The notes under the pieces: generated by a model
The model's input: only the letters and a program-made list of their open reading frames with translations
Database searches by the model: none
What the model was told of the DNA's origin: nothing
From: Dehalococcoidia bacterium
GTDB taxonomy: Bacteria > Chloroflexota > Dehalococcoidia > UBA2979
Direction of reading: 5' to 3'
Assembly (NCBI GenBank): GCA_965219085.1
Contig: OZ244720.1
Span: forward strand, 192,001 to 256,000
Length of the DNA: 64,000 nucleotides
In this document: positions 56,876 to 64,000 of the stretch, in pieces
Layout of the letters: each line of letters begins with the position of its first letter
Numbering within the stretch: position 1 is the stretch's first letter
Translations under genes and position numbers: made by a program

Positions 56876-57193
56876 ATGTACGCAATCATCCGCACCGGCG
56901 GTAAGCAGTTCCGTGTCTCGGCAGGCGACCACATCGCCGTCGAGCGACTCGACGCCGCCGAGGGCGACGAGGTCACCCTCGATGACGTGCTGCTCGTCGG
57001 CGGCGACGACGGCGTCGCGGTCGGCAGCCCGACGGTCGACGGCGCCTCGGTGGCGGCGCGCGTAGACGAACACTACCGCGACCGCAAGGTGACGGTCTTC
57101 AAGTACAAGAACAAGACGCGGCGACGCGTGCTGCGCGGGCATCGCCAGCAGCGCACGCGCCTCACGATCACCGGCATCACGTCCGGCAGCTAG
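56876..57193 (+). CDS. rplU: 50S ribosomal protein L21
   Basis: MYAIIRTGGKQFRV, GHRQ. Confidence 0.97.
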   Translation: MYAIIRTGGKQFRVSAGDHIAVERLDAAEGDEVTLDDVLLVGGDDGVAVGSPTVDGASVAARVDEHYRDRKVTVFKYKNKTRRRVLRGHRQQRTRLTITGITSGS

Positions 57194-57211
57194 CGAGCAG
57201 GGGGCAGCGCC

Positions 57212-57484
57212 ATGGCGCACAAGAAGTCTGGTGGCTCAAGCCGTAACGGCCGAGACTCGAACGCTAAGCGGCTCGGCGTGAAACGCTACGACGGCCAGGT
57301 CGTCACGGCAGGCTCGATCATCGTCCGCCAGCGCGGCACGCGCATCCACGCCGGCGAGAACGTCGGCGTCGGCCGCGACCACACGCTGTGGGCGAAGGTC
57401 GACGGCACGGTGAAGTTCGCGCCCTTCGCCAAGAACCGACGCAAGCAAGTCTCGATACTTCCGCTCGAGGCCGAGACGGTCTAA
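57212..57484 (+). CDS. rpmA: 50S ribosomal protein L27
   Basis: [24 protein letters not shown]. Confidence 0.97.
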   Translation: MAHKKSGGSSRNGRDSNAKRLGVKRYDGQVVTAGSIIVRQRGTRIHAGENVGVGRDHTLWAKVDGTVKFAPFAKNRRKQVSILPLEAETV

Positions 57485-57497
57485 CGAGGGCCCCACC

Positions 57498-57761
57498 ATG
57501 AAGTCCGAGATCCACCCCGAGTACCACCCCGTCGTCTTCGTCGATATCTCGACGGGCGAGGAGTTCCTCACGCGGTCCACGCTCACCTCCGAGGAGCGCC
57601 GCGAGGTCGACGGCGTCGAGGCGTACGTCGTGCGCGTCGAGGTGAGCTCCAGCTCGCACCCGTACTTCACGGGCGAGCAGCGCATCGTCGACAGCGCCGG
57701 GCAGGTCGAGCGCTTCCGCCGTCGCTACGCGCGCCACCTCGAGGACTCGGACGACAGCTAG
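57498..57761 (+). CDS. rpmE2: 50S ribosomal protein L31, type B (zinc-free)
   Basis: [26 protein letters not shown], no Cys. Confidence 0.93.
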   Translation: MKSEIHPEYHPVVFVDISTGEEFLTRSTLTSEERREVDGVEAYVVRVEVSSSSHPYFTGEQRIVDSAGQVERFRRRYARHLEDSDDS

Positions 57762-57779
57762 CACCCGGCCGCCGTACCC

Positions 57780-57823
57780 CGGCGACACTGCTTTCTCGGC
57801 AACACTGGCTTCCGGCGACACTG
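57780..57823. repeat. Three direct repeats CGGC(G/A)ACACTG
   Basis: Copies at 57780, 57797 and 57813, upstream of TACGCT -10. Confidence 0.75.
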
Positions 57824-57850
57824 GCCGCGCCGCGTCGTACGCTGCGCGCG

Positions 57851-58774
57851 ATGCCCACAGAGCAGCCCCCAGCGCACCCTGCGTCCAACAGCTTCGGCGG
57901 CCAGGCCGTCGTCGAGGGCGTCATGATCCGCGGCCCGCGCTCGATCGCCGTCGCCGTGCGCCGCCCCGACGGTGAGATCGCGATCCGCACACGCGGGCTC
58001 GGCGGCCGTTTCACGAACGTCGTGCGCCGCTTCCCGCTGTTGCGCGGGATGCTCGTGCTGTGGGAGACGCTCGCGATCGGCATCTGGGCGCTGGCGTGGG
58101 CCAGCGCCGTCCACAATGACGAGGTCGACGAGCGCGGCGAGGCGAAGCCATTCGGCGGCGCTGGCTGGGCGGTGCTCCTGATCGTGCTGGCGTTTGGCGT
58201 GACCGTGTTCTTCGCGGGGCCGGTGCTGCTCACGGCGTGGCTCGGTTCGCGCTTGCCCGACCTGCTGGTCATCGCCATCGAGGGCGTCGTGCGCCTCGGC
58301 CTGCTGCTGGGCTACATCTGGCTGATCGGCCGCTCGCCGGAGGTGCGGCGCGTCTTCCAGTACCACGCCGCCGAGCACAAGGCCGTACAGGCGCTGGAGC
58401 AGGGGCGCGAGCTGTCGGTGCAGGCGGTGCGTCGGCTGCCGAAGGCGCACCCGAGGTGCGGCACCTCGTTCCTGCTCACCGTCGCCGTGGTCGCGGCGAT
58501 CGCGTTTATGTTCGCCGGCTCGGAGCCGCTGTGGTGGCGGTTCGTGTCGCGCCTCGTGCTGATCCCCGTGATCACTGCCGTGTCGTACGAGGCAATCCGC
58601 TTCGGGGGTCTCCACCTCGGCAACACCCTCGTGCGGGCGCTGTTCTCGGCGAACCTCGCCCTCCAGCGGCTCACGACGCGCGACCCGGACGACGAGCAGA
58701 TCCAGGTCGCCATCGCCTCGCTCAACGCGGCGCTCGAGGTGGAACGCGAGGCGGCCGAGGGCGCACGCGCCTAG
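57851..58774 (+). CDS. DUF1385 family membrane protein
   Basis: GGQAVVEGVMIRG, FQYHAAEHK, HPRCGTSF, LQRLTTRDP. Confidence 0.92.
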   Translation: MPTEQPPAHPASNSFGGQAVVEGVMIRGPRSIAVAVRRPDGEIAIRTRGLGGRFTNVVRRFPLLRGMLVLWETLAIGIWALAWASAVHNDEVDERGEAKPFGGAGWAVLLIVLAFGVTVFFAGPVLLTAWLGSRLPDLLVIAIEGVVRLGLLLGYIWLIGRSPEVRRVFQYHAAEHKAVQALEQGRELSVQAVRRLPKAHPRCGTSFLLTVAVVAAIAFMFAGSEPLWWRFVSRLVLIPVITAVSYEAIRFGGLHLGNTLVRALFSANLALQRLTTRDPDDEQIQVAIASLNAALEVEREAAEGARA

Positions 58775-59466
58775 CGGGCGAGGGCGACGAGCGGGACGAT
58801 CTCGTCGAGGGCGCCCACGCTCACCACGTCCAGCCCGTCGGAGCGGTCGAAGCGATCGACGAGCACCGCGTGCAGCCCGGCGGCGCGCGCCGGCTCGTAG
58901 TCGTTGTCGTAGCGGTCGCCGACGGCGAGCGTGCGCGCTGGGTCGGAGCCGCCGCGCTCCGCGGCGAGCCGGAAGAAGGCCGGGTCCGGCTTCCTCACGC
59001 CGATCTTCCGCGAGTACTGCATCGCACTGAAGTAGCGGTCGAGGCCGACGCGGGCGAGCGGGAACGTGCCGTTCGAGGCGGTGGTGAGGGTGAAGCCGCG
59101 CGTCCGCAGCTCATCGAGCGTGCCCTCGACCTCCGGGAAGACGACCATCGTGGCGTCGCGCGTGCGGTAGTAGACCTCGGCCACCTCGTCGACCGTGACG
59201 CCCTCGGGGCTGCCGAAGGCGGCGAGCACCCGGCGGAACGACTCGCGGCGGATCTCCTGGAGCGTGCGGTCGTGCCACGCCGGGTCGGCGACGACTCCGT
59301 TCCGCAGCACGCCGAGGTCGTCGACGCTCACCTCAATGCCGCCCGCACGCTTGGTGAGCTGCGACGCGACGGCCTCGAGGCCCGCGACGATCGCCGCCCG
59401 ATAGTCGGTCAGCGTCCCGTCGATGTCGAAGACGATGTGGGAGACCTCGAACGGCGGACCGCTCAC
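58771..59466 (-). CDS. HAD-superfamily hydrolase
   Basis: [22 protein letters not shown]. Confidence 0.9.
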   Translation of the reverse strand: MSGPPFEVSHIVFDIDGTLTDYRAAIVAGLEAVASQLTKRAGGIEVSVDDLGVLRNGVVADPAWHDRTLQEIRRESFRRVLAAFGSPEGVTVDEVAEVYYRTRDATMVVFPEVEGTLDELRTRGFTLTTASNGTFPLARVGLDRYFSAMQYSRKIGVRKPDPAFFRLAAERGGSDPARTLAVGDRYDNDYEPARAAGLHAVLVDRFDRSDGLDVVSVGALDEIVPLVALAR

Positions 59467-59819
59467 GCGACCTCCGTCCCGACGCGCCGCGGCTCCGCGG
59501 TCTCGGGGTCGAGGAAGCAGGAGCGCGCGCCGGTGTGGCAGACCGCCCCGCCGACGAGCTCGACCTGCAGCAGGAGCACGTCGGCGTCGCAGTCCGTGTG
59601 GATATCGAGGACGTTCGCGTAGTCGCCGGAGGTTGCGCCCTTGTGCCAGATCTCCTGGCGGCTGCGCGACCAGAACATGGCCTGGCCGATCTCCAGCGTC
59701 TGCGCCAGCGACTCCTCGTTCATGTAGCCGACCATGAGCACCTCGCCGGTGTCGGCGTGCTGGAGGACGGCGGGGATGAGGCCCTGCGCGTCAAAGCGCA
59801 GAGCGGCGGGGTCGATCAC
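59463..59819 (-). CDS. hisI: Phosphoribosyl-AMP cyclohydrolase
   Basis: [36 protein letters not shown]. Confidence 0.93.
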   Translation of the reverse strand: MIDPAALRFDAQGLIPAVLQHADTGEVLMVGYMNEESLAQTLEIGQAMFWSRSRQEIWHKGATSGDYANVLDIHTDCDADVLLLQVELVGGAVCHTGARSCFLDPETAEPRRVGTEVA

Positions 59820-60628
59820 GATGTGGTCCCTTCGAGGTGCGCGCCCTCGTGGGCGGCGTCGAGCCGCATCGGCACGCCGCGGTCGGCGAGGTACTGCTTC
59901 AGCGCGGCGATGTCGTACGTGCCGAAGTGGAAGATCGAGGCGGCGAGCACCGCATCCGCCCCGCCCGTCGTGAGCGCCTCGTAGAGGTGCTCGGGCGTCC
60001 CGGCGCCGCCCGAGGCGATGACGGGCGCGGTCGCCGCCTCGCGGATCGCGCGCAGCAGTTCGAGGTCGTAGCCGGTCTGGTGCCCGTCTCGGTCCATCGA
60101 GGTGACGAGCAGTTCGCCCGCGCCACGCTCGACGGCCTCGCGCGCCCACGCGATGGCGTCGCGGCCGGTCGGGGTGCGGCCGCCGTGTGTGTAGACCTCC
60201 CAGCCCGCCGCGGGGTCGGCGGGGTCGCGCCGCTTCGCGTCGACGGCGACGACGATGCACTGCGAGCCGAAGCCGCGGGCGCCCTCGGTGATCAACTCGG
60301 GCCGCTCGACGGCGGCGGTGTTGATCGACACCTTGTCGGCGCCGTGCTCGAGCATGACGCGCACATCCTCCGGGCTGCGGATGCCGCCGCCGACGGTGAA
60401 CGGGATGAACACCTGGTCCGCGGTGCGGGCCACCATGTCGTACACCGTCGGGCGGTCGTCCGAGGAGGCGGTGATGTCGAGGAACACGAGCTCGTCGGCG
60501 CCGCGCTCCTCGTACTGCGAGGCCAGCTCGACCGGGTCGCCCGCATCGCGTAGCGCGACGAACGAGACGCCCTTCACCACGCGCCCGTTGTCGACGTCGA
60601 AGCAGGGGATGATGCGCTTGGTCAGCAC
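59816..60628 (-). CDS. hisF: Imidazole glycerol phosphate synthase subunit HisF
   Basis: [38 protein letters not shown]. Confidence 0.96.
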   Translation of the reverse strand: MLTKRIIPCFDVDNGRVVKGVSFVALRDAGDPVELASQYEERGADELVFLDITASSDDRPTVYDMVARTADQVFIPFTVGGGIRSPEDVRVMLEHGADKVSINTAAVERPELITEGARGFGSQCIVVAVDAKRRDPADPAAGWEVYTHGGRTPTGRDAIAWAREAVERGAGELLVTSMDRDGHQTGYDLELLRAIREAATAPVIASGGAGTPEHLYEALTTGGADAVLAASIFHFGTYDIAALKQYLADRGVPMRLDAAHEGAHLEGTTS

Positions 60629-60658
60629 GGTGTCCTCGATGCCTCCTCGTCGCGCGCG

Positions 60659-61371
60659 CTACGCCACGGCGGCGAGGGCGTCCGGGAGCCGGATGTCCTC
60701 GCTGTAGAGTGCACGCCCGATGATCGCCGCCTCGACGCCGCAGCGCGCGAGCTCGCGCAGGTCATCGAGCGCGCTCACGCCGCCCGCCGCGATCACGGCC
60801 ATCGAAGTGTCGGCGACCAGCGACGCGTACGCCTCGAAGTTGGGGGAGCCGCGCACGCCGTCGCGGTCGATGTCCGTGTAGACGATGCGCTCGACGCCGA
60901 TGGCGGCGAGCTCGCGCACGAACGGCGCCGCCTCGACGTCGCTGCCCTCGGTCCAGCCCTCGACACGTACGATCCCGTCGCGTGCGTCGACGGAGACGAT
61001 GAGCCGCTCGCGCGCGAGCGCGACCGCCTCGCGCAGCAGCTGCGGGTCGCGCACGGCCGCCGTGCCGAGCACGACGCGCGCCGCGCCGAGGTCGAGCGTC
61101 GCGCGCAGCGTGTCGAGGTCGCGGATGCCTCCACCGATCTGCACCGCAGCGTCGACCCCCTCGACGATGGCGCGGGTGACGTCGGCGTTGGCCTGCCGCC
61201 CCTCGCGCGCCCCGTCGAGGTCGACGACGTGGACGCGGCGCGCGCCCTGCTCGACCCAGCGTGCGGCGGCGGCGACAGGGTCGTCCTCGAACACCGTCTC
61301 GAGGTCGTAGTCGCCCTGGTGGAGCCGGACGGCGCGTCCGCCCCGGACGTCGACGGCGGGGATGACCTCCA

Positions 61372-61372
<1 letters not shown>
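60659..61372 (-). CDS. hisA: ProFAR isomerase HisA
   Basis: [42 protein letters not shown]. Confidence 0.95.

Positions 61373-64000
<2,628 letters not shown>

Noticed and set aside
55995-57823. Short repeats as a CRISPR array
   Set aside because: Units are 10-11 nt with no spacers of CRISPR length, and there are no cas genes

Overview
High-GC (about 70%) bacterial chromosome segment. Gene content and style (glyQS-type GlyRS, cdaA-cdaR, comEA/comEC, mutS2, K+-dependent membrane pyrophosphatase, a Gram-positive-type LexA box, many leaderless genes) suggest Chloroflexota, probably Dehalococcoidia-like; this is inference. Housekeeping genes make up most of the window (argF, rph, serA, selA, liv ABC transporter, citrate synthase, acsA, uvrA, glyQS, hppA, rnhB, ftsH, rplU-rpmA-rpmE, hisHAFI, ligA), interspersed with small lower-GC insertions (RES toxin-antitoxin, BrnT-like TA plus DUF6941, PaREP1, NucS-like nuclease, DUF6338). 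No rRNA, tRNA, CRISPR array or intact transposase was recognised. Highlights: (1) a radical SAM gene whose apparent stop is a selenocysteine UGA (C-U-A-E-P tail with a SECIS-like hairpin), lying next to nfuA and near an ATP-grasp ligase, with selA in the same window; (2) a LexA-box promoter driving an unknown peptide plus DUF6338 right after uvrA; (3) an orphan structured RNA candidate at about 27.83-27.96 kb; (4) non-canonical CTG/ATC start codons on uvrA, mutS2 and DUF1015; (5) four frameshifted accessory genes. All family names were assigned by eye from motifs, with no database search.
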